Shown: positions 45,901 through 61,693 of the stretch, piece after piece
Layout of the letters: every line of letters begins with the position of its first letter
Position numbering within the stretch: position 1 is the stretch's first letter
Origin: the human T2T-CHM13v2.0 reference genome, Homo sapiens
Reading direction: 5' to 3' (one strand)
Assembly (NCBI RefSeq): GCF_009914755.1
Contig: NC_060925.1
Length of the DNA stretch: 64,000 nt
Position numbers and translations under genes: made by a program
The notes under the pieces: model-generated
Database searches by the model: none
Told to the model about the DNA's origin: nothing
Seen by the model: the letters and a program-made list of their open reading frames with translations, nothing else

Positions 45901-46216
45901 ATCATGTCCTTTGCAGGAACATGGATGGAGCTGGAGGCCATTATCCTTAGCAAACAAACACAGGAACAGAAAACCAAATACCACATGTTCTCACGTACAA
46001 GTGGGAGCTAAATGATGAGAACACGTGGACACGGGAACAACACACGCTGGGGACTATCGGAGGATGAAGGGTGGGAAGAGGGAGAGAATCAGGAGAAATA
46101 ACTGTGTACTAGGCTTAATACTTGGGTTACTAAATAATCTGTACAACAAACCCCTATGCTACAAGTGTACTATATAACAAACCTGCATGTGTACCCTTGA
46201 ACTTAAATTTTTTAAA
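39915..46216 (+). mobile_element. Near-full-length older L1PA (PA15/L1PREC2-like), ORFs disrupted
   Basis: GC-rich 5'UTR, ORF1 from ~41149 (MRKNQHKNPDNSKSQS), ORF2 fragments 42200-46010, 3'UTR ending gtacccttgaacttaaa. No TSD found and the 5' boundary is approximate. Confidence 0.88.
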
Positions 46217-47062
46217 AGTTTATTAAGGTGAAAATGGTTATTGAAAAATCTTAATCTCTGAATTAGTAACAGTTCCCACATGCTAAATGATGTATCCCAA
46301 TATCTCTTTATTTAAAATATAAAACTAGGCAGAAACTGAAATTATTTTCTAGTAGGAGAGTCTTTTAAAAGGTAGCATTCATAAGTGTTGTTTACATATT
46401 ATGCATGGGTCACTGACAATCAATGTGTCTGTAAACAACTCTGTTGTAGTTAGGGCTCTTTTCCCTTTTGAATTTTGATTGCTCAGCCAAGGGTTCTTTG
46501 TTGATAGCTGGTTTGAGTACTTTTATATACTATACTTAATTCAGATTAATGAGCTTTGTTAATACTGATTTGAACTAGCTAGATTTTATTTGTTTACTTG
46601 TTTTTGTTATTTTTAAGAACGACCAATTCCAGATCTATGCTAATTTAAATATGTCCTCAAAAAGGGGGCACATATTTAAAAAAACAAACCAAAACATACA
46701 TTTATGTTGGAAAAATCTTCTTAGTTCATTGTTAGTACCCTAATTTTTGTAGGTTTTCATAGGAATTAACTCTTTCAAAGCACCTTTTAGACTATGTTGT
46801 CGGCAGCTAGATGCTCCATTTACTTCAAGAAATGCAACAAAATTGAAACCAGTTTAACTGCTAAGTGATTCGAAGTAATGCAAAGTACATGGACTGCTAA
46901 ATCATAGAGGATCTAATTTTTTTTTAAAACCCATTTGTTAGGCTCTCATATAAATATAACACTTAAAACAATAAGCACATATACTGTTATATAATTCAGG
47001 AAGATTTTTAGCTTGTAGACTTCCAAAGAATGTGGCATTTTGTTTTAGTTTTTGAAGTACCT

Positions 47063-47253
47063 CTTTTTTTTTTTTTTAATTTCAGTAGGTTTTCGGGGAA
47101 TGGGTGTTGTTTGGTTACATGAATAACTTTAGTGGTGATTTCTGAGAATTTGGTGCACCCATCACCTGAGCAGTGTACACTGTACTCAGTGTGTAGTCTT
47201 TTATCCCTAACTCCTCTTCCACCCTTTCCCCCGAGTCCCCAAAGTCCATTGTA
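47063..47253 (-). mobile_element. L1PB 3'-end fragment
   Basis: T-run plus ggttacatgaataactttagtggtgatttctgagaatttggtgcacccatcacc. Confidence 0.8.
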
Positions 47254-48925
47254 CGAAGATACTGTACCTTTCTTTTAATGCCAGTTTATAATGCATGTTC
47301 GAACTTTTAACTTCACTAAGTCTATGAAGGTAAGATATACATAGTAAGAACTAAACCTGCTAAAGATCATCCTGTTTATGCAACATCATTAATTTAACAA
47401 ATAAGCAGAGTAATGCATTTAGGACAAAAGTTTATGTTTGTTATTAGGGATATAAAGTCTGTTATCCCCAGGATCTTAGAGACTAAGAGAGTAGTATAAA
47501 CAAATATTTATAGTAAACTCTGTAATTACTATAGAAAATATCACAGAAGCACAACAGCTCAGCTAACTCTGCCATATTAAAGTAGAGCAGTATTATGACT
47601 GAATAAATCAAAACAGCTGACATCATTAGACCTGCTATGATTGATAACAGGTTTTTCTCTTTGACAAGTGGTTGTGATATATGTAAGAATTCCTAGTTTT
47701 TCTTTAATATGATAGATAAACCTGACTAATGATTTTGAAGCATTTAGTGGTTGAAATCTTTCTGTGAGCTTTTTGTTTATCTTTTATTTTTAGCCTGATA
47801 GTCTGATAAAGGAACTGTGCTTTAATTTGCTTCTTTTTTGCTTGTTGCTAATGCTTTTTATGATTTCCAAATATTTCAACTTCATTGTTGAAAAATGAAC
47901 ATATTTTCAGGTAGATATTATATTTTAATGGATTACAACTTAGATTTTAAATTTGCTGAAATTTTTCTTTGCCAGGGGTAAGGTTTCTGGTCAATATAAA
48001 TAGAATCATCATGTGTTTCTGTCTCCAAAAAGTTAGCTGCATATTTTCTGAATTTGAGGTTTGAATTAAGAATTGGGAATGCCAATTGATAGATGGATGG
48101 TTAAATGCTTATGATAGCTCACTGTCTATGAAATCCTATATGTGTTTGTTAAATGTGACCGTCAGCACTAAGTAAATCGGTAAATAGATTACTTTCCCAC
48201 CCTAAGGATCTGCAGAGTGTCTTAGAATTTCACAAAAGGAGCAAACCTCTGACTTGATGGAATAAATTTTGATAATCAGTTTCTTGTTTGTTTATCTGTT
48301 TATTGATCTATTTCTTAGTATAATTATGATTGCATTTTATATTGGACTTTTGTTTTTTACCTTTTTAAAAAAACCACATTGAGCCAATTTTCAATTGTTT
48401 AAACTTTCAGCATGTTTAAATATTTGTGTTTATAGTTTTCAGAATTTTTGCTCAGTTTTGGAATAGTACCGATTACCAAAGGTAAACCTGACCCTTAATG
48501 AGCAAGTAAATTTGTAGGCTGTATACATTTTTTTAAAGTAATTGTTATCTAGGCCACATTAGCCTTCAAGCTACATTGTCTATTGACTGAGGCTCCTTAG
48601 ATCTCTTATAAAATGCATTATATTGCCTGACTTGCATATTATATTATCTAGGTAAAGCAATGTAATTAAAGCTTAACTGAGGTCATGGGTGGTGGCTCAC
48701 ACCTGTAGTCCCAGCACTTTGGGAGGCGAAGGCAGGCAGATCACTTGAGGTCAGGTGTTCAAGACCAACCTGGGCAACGTGGGGAGAGCCCGTTTCTACA
48801 AAAATACAAAAATTAGCTGGGCGTGATGGCGCATGCCTGTAAGTCCCAGCTACTTGGAGGCTGAGGTGCGTGGATCACTTGAGCCCAGGAGGTGGAGGTT
48901 GCAGTGAGCTAAGATCACACCACTG

Positions 48926-49810
48926 GAATAGGAACAGCTCCGGTCTACAGCTCCCAGCGTGAGCGACGCAGAAGACGGGTGATTTCTGCATTTCCATCTG
49001 AGGTACCGGGTTCATCTCACTAGGGAGTGCCAGACAGTGGGCGCAGGCCAGTGTGTGTGCGCACCGTGCGCGAGCCGAAGCAGGGCGAGGCATTGCCTCA
49101 CCTGGGAAGCGCAAGGGGTCAGGGAGTTCCCTTTCCGAGTCAAAGAAAGGGGTGATGGACTCACCTGGAAAATCGGGTCACTCCCACCCGAATATTGCGC
49201 TTTTCAGACCGGCTTAAGAAACGGCGCACCACGAGACTATATCCCACACCTGGCTCAGAGGGTCCTACGCCCACGGAATCTCGCTGATTGCTAGCACAGC
49301 AGTCTGAGATCAAACTGCAAGGCGGCAACGAGGCTGGGGGAGGGGCGCCCGCCATTGCCCAGGCTTGCTTAGGTAAACAAAGCAGCCGGGAAGCTCGAAC
49401 TGGGTGGAGCCCACCACAGCTCAAGGAGGCCTGCCTGCCTCTGTAGGCTCCACCTCTGGGGGCAGGGCACAGACAAACAAAAAGGCAGCAGTAACCTCTG
49501 CAGACTTAAGTGTCCCTGTCTGACAGCTTTGAAGAGAGCAGTGGTTCTCCCAGCACGCAGCTGGAGATCTGAGAACGGGCAGACTGCCTCCTCAAGTGGG
49601 TCCCTGACCCCTGACCCCCGAGCAGCCTAACTGGGAGGCACCCCCCAGCAGGGGCACACTGACACCTCACACGGCAGGGTATTCCAACAGACCTGCAGCT
49701 GAGGGTCCTGTCTGTTAGAAGGAAAACTAACAACCAGAAAGGACATCTACACCGAAAACCCATCTGTACATCACCATCATCAAAGACCAAAAGTAGATAA
49801 AACCACAAAG
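48926..49810 (+). promoter_or_regulatory. L1HS 5'UTR: CpG-rich internal sense promoter and antisense promoter; YY1 site absent
   Basis: CpG-dense consensus-like 5'UTR; CAAGATGGCC is missing. Confidence 0.9.
49161..49355 (-). CDS. ORF0: L1 ORF0 (antisense), 64 aa, C-terminally shortened
   Basis: MAGAPPPASLPPCSLISDCC...VTRFSR*; ATG at 49355. Confidence 0.8.
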   Translation of the reverse strand: MAGAPPPASLPPCSLISDCCASNQRDSVGVGPSEPGVGYSLVVRRFLSRSEKRNIRVGVTRFSR

Positions 49811-50827
49811 ATGGGGAAAAAACAGAACAGAAAAACTGGAAACTCTAAAACGCAGAGCGCCTCTCCTCCTCCAAAGGAACGCAGTTCCTCACCAGCAACA
49901 GAACAAAGCTGGATGGAGAATGATTTTGACGAGCTGAGAGAAGAAGGCTTCAGACGATCAAATTACTCTGAGCTACGGGAGGACATTCAAACCAAAGGCA
50001 AAGAAGTTGAAAACTTTGAAAAAAATTTAGAAGAATGTATAACTAGAATAACCAATACAGAGAAGTGCTTAAAGGAGCTGATGGAGCTGAAAACCAAGGC
50101 TCGAGAACTACGTGAAGAATGCAGAAGCCTCAGGAGCCGATGCGATCAACTGGAAGAAAGGGTATCAGCAATGGAAGATGAAATGAATGAAATGAAGCGA
50201 GAAGGGAAGTTTAGAGAAAAAAGAATAAAAAGAAATGAGCAAAGCCTCCAAGAAATATGGGACTATGTGAAAAGACCAAATCTACGTCTGATTGGTGTAC
50301 CTGAAAGTGATGTGGAGAATGGAACCAAGTTGGAAAACACTCTGCAGGATATTATCCAGGAGAACTTCCCCAATCTAGCAAGGCAGGCCAACGTTCAGAT
50401 TCAGGAAATACAGAGAACGCCACAAAGATACTCCTCGAGAAGAGCAACTCCAAGACACATAATTGTCAGATTCACCAAAGTTGAAATGAAGGAAAAAATG
50501 TTAAGGGCAGCCAGAGAGAAAGGTCGGGTTACCCTCAAAGGGAAGCCTATCAGACTAACAGCAGATCTCTCGGCAGAAACCCTACAAGCCAGAAGAGAGT
50601 GGGGGCCAATATTCAACATTCTTAAAGAAAAGAATTTTCAACCCAGAATTTCATTTCCAGCCAAACTAAGCTTCATAAGTGAAGGAGAAAGAAAATCCTT
50701 TACAGACAAGCAAATGCTGAGAGATTTTGTCACCACCAGGCCTACCCTAAAAGAGCTCCTGAAGGAAGCACTAAACATGGAAAGGAACAACCAGTACCAG
50801 CCGCTGCAAAATCATGCCAAAATGTAA
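49811..50827 (+). CDS. ORF1: L1 ORF1p (RNA-binding chaperone), 338 aa
   Basis: Full-length MGKKQNRK...NHAKM; REKG235-238 and RR261-262 intact. Confidence 0.97.
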   Translation: MGKKQNRKTGNSKTQSASPPPKERSSSPATEQSWMENDFDELREEGFRRSNYSELREDIQTKGKEVENFEKNLEECITRITNTEKCLKELMELKTKARELREECRSLRSRCDQLEERVSAMEDEMNEMKREGKFREKRIKRNEQSLQEIWDYVKRPNLRLIGVPESDVENGTKLENTLQDIIQENFPNLARQANVQIQEIQRTPQRYSSRRATPRHIIVRFTKVEMKEKMLRAAREKGRVTLKGKPIRLTADLSAETLQARREWGPIFNILKEKNFQPRISFPAKLSFISEGERKSFTDKQMLRDFVTTRPTLKELLKEALNMERNNQYQPLQNHAKM

Positions 50828-50866
50828 AGACCATCGAGACTAGGAAGAAACTGCATCAACTAATGA

Positions 50867-54718
<3,852 letters not shown>

Positions 54719-54921
54719 ACAATGAGATCACATGGACACAGGAAGGGGAATATCACACTCTGGGGACTGTGGTGGGGTCGGGGGAGGGGGGAGGGGTAGC
54801 ATTGGGAGATATACCTAATGCTAGATGACACATTAGTGGGTGCAGCGCACCAGCATGGCACATGTATACATATGTAACTAACCTGCACAATGTGCACATG
54901 TACCCTAAAACTTAGAGTATA

Positions 54922-54960
<39 letters not shown>

Positions 54961-55426
54961 TCACACCACTGCACTCCAGCCTGGGTGTCAAAGCGAGACC
55001 CTGTCTCAGGAAAAAAAAAAAAAAAAAAAAAAAAGGCTTAATTGATTGAACCAGATTCGAGAAAACAGTGCTAAATTATAATTTTCTCAATACTGTAAAT
55101 ATTTTTCAATCTTCAGCTTCATTAACTTCTATAATTTGAAATTATCCCAATTATTACCTGACATGTACTAAAATTCCCTAAAATGGATCTTGAGTAACAT
55201 TTTCACAGTACGATAATTTTTCTCTCTGTATATATTTATATAGTCACATATATGCACATACATTATACAAGCATTACTTTTCTATAACTGTAAGGTCAGA
55301 ATTTGAAGTTGTGTTTTCTTTATCTTTTTATTTCCAATACTTGGCATCAAGTTGATATTCATTAGAAGTAAAGGAGGAAGGAAATGAATAATCTTCAGAT
55401 ACTAAGAACATTACACTTAAATTATT

Positions 55427-55432
55427 ATTAAA
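55427..55432 (+). terminator. Candidate downstream poly(A) signal ATTAAA for L1 read-through
   Basis: ATTAAA, CA at 55448-55449, and a GT/T-rich downstream tract (ttggcttagcttggttatttgt). Confidence 0.5.
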
Positions 55433-55849
55433 TCTAATTTGCATTCTCATATATTGGCTTAGCTTGGTTATTTGTAACAAGAATATAAAAATATATGTGA
55501 CTGGGAATGACATGAATAGAAACTTCTGGAAAATGGAATGGTAAGGTCTAGAGAAGTGGTAAATATTTCATCACTGGAAATGAGCAAGCAGAGGTTAGGT
55601 TATTCTTTGACATTGATATTGAAGCAGAGAGTCTCTATAATGGATAGAAAGTTCAAAGTGACCTTTAGGATCTTTTATCTTCAAATTTCTATGAAAAGTA
55701 TATTTACTTTAATAATAAGGTTAAGATGTTGGAGTGCATAGAGTAAAAAACTAGAAAAGAACCAGATGTTAGAAAGGAGATTTCTTAACAAAATACGGTT
55801 AAAGAGGATTTCTCATATTTTATATGGAAAGAAGGAACTTTGATATTTA

Positions 55850-56680
55850 AGTAGGAACCATCTTCTAGGGGACCCTGTTGATTAAACAGGAAATCTAGAA
55901 ACTAGACAAAGAAAAAAAGAATTTGGCTATATGAAAGTTAAAACTTATATTGCAAAAGAGAACATAAAATTAATAGTCCAAATAAAATTCAGAAAATAAA
56001 ATATTTGTAACAGAGATGCCAGATAACAAATTTGTATCTATAATATGGAAACAACTCTTATAATTTGTTTAGAAGATAACCCAATGGATAATGGGCAAAG
56101 GATATGAATAGGCAATTTTGGAAGATCAAATTTAGATGGTCAGTAATGTTTCAAAAGATGCTCAGACTTATTAACTGTTAGTGATATGCAAATTAAAATA
56201 ACACCAAACTATCATTTTACATGCATAAGGTTGTCAAAGATTAAAATAGTCAAAACACTTACTACTTTGGCATGGGGATGTGGGAAGTGATTTGAATACA
56301 TTGCTGTTGGAAATGTAAGAGTTATTTTATCTCTTTTTTGGAAGGCAATCTGGCAATATTTATTAAAATGGAAAATACACATACTCTATGCTCCAGTAAT
56401 TCCACTTCAGGAAATATATCCCTAAGAAATAAAAGTACTGGTATGTACAAGGATGTTTATTTCAGCACTGTTTATAATATCAAAAATTACAAACAAAATA
56501 ATGCTTATTAATGGGATGGGTAAATAAATTATAGTATATTGCAGCACAGATCATTATATTACTATCACAAAAAGCACTATATGAATTAGAGGGACTTTCT
56601 GTGAGGTACTGTTGAATGAGGAAAGAAAGATATACAGAAGTATGTATTAATATATCCAATTCTTTTGTAGAACAGTGACC
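55850..56680 (+). mobile_element. L1ME-type 3' fragment
   Basis: atgggcaaaggatatgaataggcaattt; atgcaaattaaaataac; aggatgtttatttcagcactgtttataat. Confidence 0.7.
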
Positions 56681-57117
56681 AAAATCCTGTGTGTGAGTTT
56701 ATGTATGAGTGTGTGAACCTACACATTTATATGTTCATATGGCAGGGCAGTATGTAGCAAAAGAGAAGAATTCATACTCAGTGGTTAGCATGTTTTTAGA
56801 GAGTTATAATAATACAACAGGAGTAGGAAGGAAAAGGGAGGTAGGCCCATACCAGGTAATTAGATGTGAGAATGGAACTCAAAGAGCAAGTCAAGACTCA
56901 AGATTTAAATTTGGGAGTGAACTATAGAGGCAATATTAGATGCTAACAAAACCGAATGTAATGGCTAACCCTTTAACATCTATCTGTATTTTTTGTCCTA
57001 TATTTTAATCAGTTTCTGCTTCACCTTGGTCAGCAAAAGCTCAGCAATAGGTTTTGTAATATTTTCTGTTTTAACTAGCTCAAATAAACACATATTAATT
57101 GAAAACTTCTAACAGCT

Positions 57118-57215
57118 TTTATTTATTCAACAAATATTTCTTGATCACCTGCTTTCTGGCAGGCATTGTTATGGCCCCTGCAATGACAAATAAGACATAC
57201 AGGGTCCCTACATAA

Positions 57216-57254
<39 letters not shown>

Positions 57255-57880
57255 ATATATAATGTCAGATCACATAAAAGCTATGAAGAAAAAGCATTTT
57301 TTCAACGGATAATAAGGGACAGAGCAGGGAAGGGAAAAGGAGAGGAGGTTTAACTATTTTGGATAAGGTAGTGAGGAAAAGTTTTCTTTCAGAAGGTGAA
57401 TTTGACAAAAGAGCTGAATGAAATGAAGAACCAGCCCAACTGTATATCTGGGAGAAGAACCTGTCAGTCAGATAGAACAAGTAAGAAGACCTTGAGGCCT
57501 TGACTTATTCTAGAAACTTGAAGACCAGAGTGACTAAAGCATAGGGACATAGAGTGTGAAAAGATGAGTTCCAAAAGGTAGGTAGGGCCTGATCTTGTAG
57601 GGCGTTGTCACCCTTGTAAGGAGACAGGATTTTATTCTGGTTGTGATGGGAAGCTGTGGAGGGTTACGAGCACTGGAAGATTATGACATTGGAGGCTGTG
57701 CTAATTTGGATTTAAGAAAGCTCACTCTGATTACTCTGTAGAAAATTGATTATAGGGTATAAGAGGAGAAGCAAGAAAGACTATTGCTCTGGAGTAGGCA
57801 AGAGATGATGGTGACCCTATTAATTAGTAGAAGTAGTGAGAAAGGTGTCAGATTTCAGATACATTTTGAAGGTTAAGGGA
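57118..57880 (-). mobile_element. L2 with internal (TAAA)n at 57213-57255
   Basis: atttattcaacaaatatttcttgatcacc, a reverse L2 3' end. Confidence 0.75.
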
Positions 57881-58322
57881 GGGGTGCTTGAAGATCATGA
57901 GAGAATAGACTGATATATTTTAGTTGAGTCCACTTTGGAATCACACAAAACTATTTTTAATTTTGAATATACTTTAGTGCCCCCAGCATTAATTATGCAG
58001 AACGTTTTAGGCTGTTTAAAAGCAAAGCAGATAAATTAAAAGGAGGTTAGTGGTTAAAACTTCTCTTTCCTATAAATCTCAAAGCAATCACAAGACCCCT
58101 CCAAACCTCATATCCCTTTTTTTTTTTTTTGCTAATGGTTGTAGATCACACCAGTGTTCTACATTTCATATTCTCTCAGAACTTGCTTTGACCCTCAATG
58201 TCGTTCTGTTGTAATGATAATGAAAGTTAAGGTAACAAAAACCACTTATTGTTTATCATGTGCAAAGTATTGGTTTAAGTGCTTTTGCTATATTAAATCC
58301 TTTTATCCTCAAACAACCCTAT

Positions 58323-58914
58323 TGTAACAAAAACCAAGTTCAGTAGCTTGCCACTCACAGAGTCCAATTAACAAGAGCAAGGTCTGGTATAAAGACAGCT
58401 ACTTTTTATTCCAAAGGTAGCTTATAGGAAGAAGTATAGGCTTCCTGCCTTAAGGGTACCACTTCCCTTTTGGAGCAGAAAGAGGGTGCTTTTAAAGGGG
58501 TTGCCTGGCACACCGGCATGAATGGCATGCAGGGGAGAAAGCAAGCAGGTGGGGAGTCGATGTACTAGCTTTGGTGCTTTATCTACTGGGTAGTCGAGCT
58601 GGTGACTGCTGGCGCCTTCTTGGGCAGGCCTAGGTTGTAAAAAGCATCCCAAAACTCTCCAGATGGGAGAGAGATTCATAGTGAGCATGCTTTGGGTTGT
58701 AGATGGACTGTTGTCTCTTGAGGCAACCTCCTGATGGGTGAGAGTTCTGCTCTGGAGCTTCTAAGTACATAGTTAGATGAACTTGCCCTGTAGGAAATGT
58801 CTGGTAAAGAGGAAGTAAAATAGAGCTAAGTAAAAAGTTGGGGAAAGGAGGGAAGAGAAAAGAAGAGAGAGAGAGAAAAAATAATTAAACTATCTCTTGG
58901 AAAATTGGGATACA
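58323..58914 (-). mobile_element. ERV1-class solo LTR inserted in a MIR
   Basis: TG...CA ends, 4-bp TSD CTAT (58319-58322 and 58915-58918), minus-strand AATAAA near 58405. The flanks join into a MIR (aaacaaccctat|gaggtag). Family not determined. Confidence 0.75.
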
Positions 58915-61057
58915 CTATGAGGTAGCTGCTGTAGCTGTTTTACATGTGAGGAAACTACTAGTATATATGTACTGTAAGTGGCATTAGATAAACTCAGCAC
59001 CTAAGCCTACTCAGCATGGCATATTATATTTTATAGTATCCTCTCTACTACTTGTAAGGGGATAGCGTTTATGTTATTTCACTAATCTTTTATATTTTTC
59101 TGTTTTACATGGTATTGAAAAACGGTAAGCAGAAGGTTTGAGGGAATAGATAATGCTTTAAAATTTTGGCGTCTGTAAATCTAACCTTTTCTCTTATACT
59201 TCCAAGTTTGAATATCCTGTTGATTTTTTTCTTAGACCACCCAAATATCTTGAAAATTACCTTGCTTTTGAACCTAAACAGTGTCTCTCAGATAACATTT
59301 CACCTCTAGAAGTTACACAAAAATCTTTCAACAGATAATGTCTTGATTTTTGATTGACAGAATATGGTCATTGTATTACCTTATCTTTGTATCCTCAGTG
59401 CCCACATAGCACTTGGCACACAGAAAATGCTTAGTGAATGTTTACTGAATGACTGAATGGAGAGAACAGTTTCTCTGTATAATGTGATCTCATTTTTACC
59501 TACTAAAGAAAGACAGGTTTGCTTTCTAAGATGGGAAAATATGATCACTGACTGCCCCAGATTAGACACCCCAGTGGAAAGAGAGAGGTTCTATCTTCCA
59601 GTATTCATGTCAACCTTATTGAAGAACTCTGGCCCTTTTGGGGGTCATGTGCCTGCTCTTTGGACCAATCATTACTGCCAAAAAAAATGAGCTATTACAA
59701 CTGGCTAAGCCTAGGTCAAGTTTTCCTTTTAATGGCCATGGAGGTATATTGCATTACTGAAAGGAAAGCTATGTGGAGCTTGAGCAAACAAAGAATGGCA
59801 GCTGTAATTATCCACAACAAAAATTATATAGAATTAAAATTTCCAAACAAGTCTCAACTCTTGTTTGCAATTTTATGAAAATTATAAATTTATGAAAAAG
59901 TGCAAGTTAAAAAGAAAAGAAACATGGTATGTAAACATGGGAAATGTACATTTTAGTATTTTTGTTAAGGGGAAAGAGAAGCAGAGGTGAACTCTGTGAA
60001 GTGATTGAAAATAGAAATCTTAAGGGTAGGCACCTCTCTTTTCAAGTTTCCGTACAGAGATTTTAATTCCTTTGGTCAAAAGGCTGCAATTCAAGTTGTT
60101 TTTGCAGGCCTGGCTCATTTTTCCACTGTTTTCCTCATGGGCTCAAAGGTCTGTTGAAGTGGTAAATAAACGTGCTTTGAAGCTATCACAACTCACCTTG
60201 TGTAGTTGAACTTGCTTAGGGGCAGTTATCACAGTTCCTAGTAAGCCAAGCTTGTTTCTGACAGCTATGGAGGATGTGAGAAAGAACAGAATTGGATAGA
60301 GAACCATTTGGGAAATGGGAGAGATGTGAGTGCTGATATGCTTTCCCCTCCATCGCTAATAAACTTCTAGTGCTATTCCTTGTTCTTTTAAATGTACCTA
60401 TAGACATTTTGCTCTATGCAGGAAGTATTCCCTAATGAAAGAATGGAGTCAGAGCAAAAGGAAACATCTAAGCTTTATTGATCTGTGCTTATCTTACATT
60501 GCTGCTCTCTGCTGAGAAATTGATTGATTTTTTTTAAAAAAAAACTTCAGGAGCCTTTGTTGGATGTTGCCATTGCTGTTGCAAAATAGGAAAACAGTTA
60601 TGCATAAATTATCTGGAGAAAATATTTTCCTTGATTTTTTTTTCTTTCTAAAAATGTGTGGGAAGAAATTATACAAAGTGAGTAAATGGTGGTATTATTT
60701 AGAAACCATTCTATTTTCACTTAGGCAACCCTAACATTAAGCAAGAGGATCTTTGTGGAGAATTTACTGTTAATATTGTTTGCATATTTACCCAAACAGC
60801 TTGATATAAGGGTTTGTTTTTTTGTTGTTGTTGTTCTTAAATTACCATTTTGAGATCTAGAAATTTTTCCCAGCCCAAATAACAACAAAATCGTTTACTC
60901 ATTTTAAAACTTTATTGTTTAAAAAAACCCCACTAACAACCCTAAAATGAATGACTCCGTAGTTATTTTTACCTTCTTTTTATGAATTCCCTCAGCTGAA
61001 ATTAGGATAATGTTTTGTTTTTTCCATCACTATTGAATACTATTCAATTATCTTTTC

Positions 61058-61693
61058 TTTTTTTTTTTTTTTTTCTTTTTCCCAAATGGCTGTTGAATTT
61101 ATTTGCTTGATCAATAATGGTCCTGGCAAAAATTAGTTAACCAATGCTGAGACATTTGTAATGAAATACTAATTTTAAAAATCCATGACACCTTGATAGA
61201 AATTAGAGTTTACACAAACAAAAAAGGAACCTTCGATATTGCCAGCAGCTATAAAGTGAACGTACTGAGACCGACAGGACAGCAAGAAGGCATTTGCACA
61301 TTTATATCTGACACCCGACCATACTTTCAGTCACCAGAATATCTTCTCTCCAGATTTAAAAAAATAGTATGCTGATTTCTATAACAAAGCTTTTTTTCGT
61401 ACAAAAATCAAATAATGGCCAACGAGTCACAACAGTGCAATAGGTAGAGGATTAAAAACTGCATCAAACAGGTGCTGAAAATAAATACTACCTAGGAGAA
61501 GGAGGTGAGAGCCCTCGTGTGGGGTTTGTTTTCGACCCCTTGAGTGTGTGTGGGGTTTGTCTTCCGAGCCACGAGCCTGGCCTGTCTCGCGGTGCTGTTC
61601 ACTCTGACAGAGTGCGCCTGCAGCACGTTGCCTCCAGGGCCCAGCCTCCCAGAAGCCTCAGAGCATCAGAGCATCCGTCTCATCGGATGGACC
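61058..61693 (-). pseudogene. Retrocopy of a non-repetitive 3'UTR-like sequence (processed pseudogene fragment or orphan transduction); parent not identified
   Basis: Poly(T) at 61058-61080, TTTATT (AATAAA on minus) at 61098-61103, 14-bp TSD TCAATTATCTTTTC at 61044-61057 and 61694-61707. Confidence 0.88.

Noticed and set aside
54761-54797. G-quadruplex in the L1 3'UTR
   Set aside because: A standard feature of young L1s, not specific to this locus.
61058-61693. Naming the retrocopy parent gene
   Set aside because: I could not match it to a remembered 3'UTR with confidence, so it is left unnamed.
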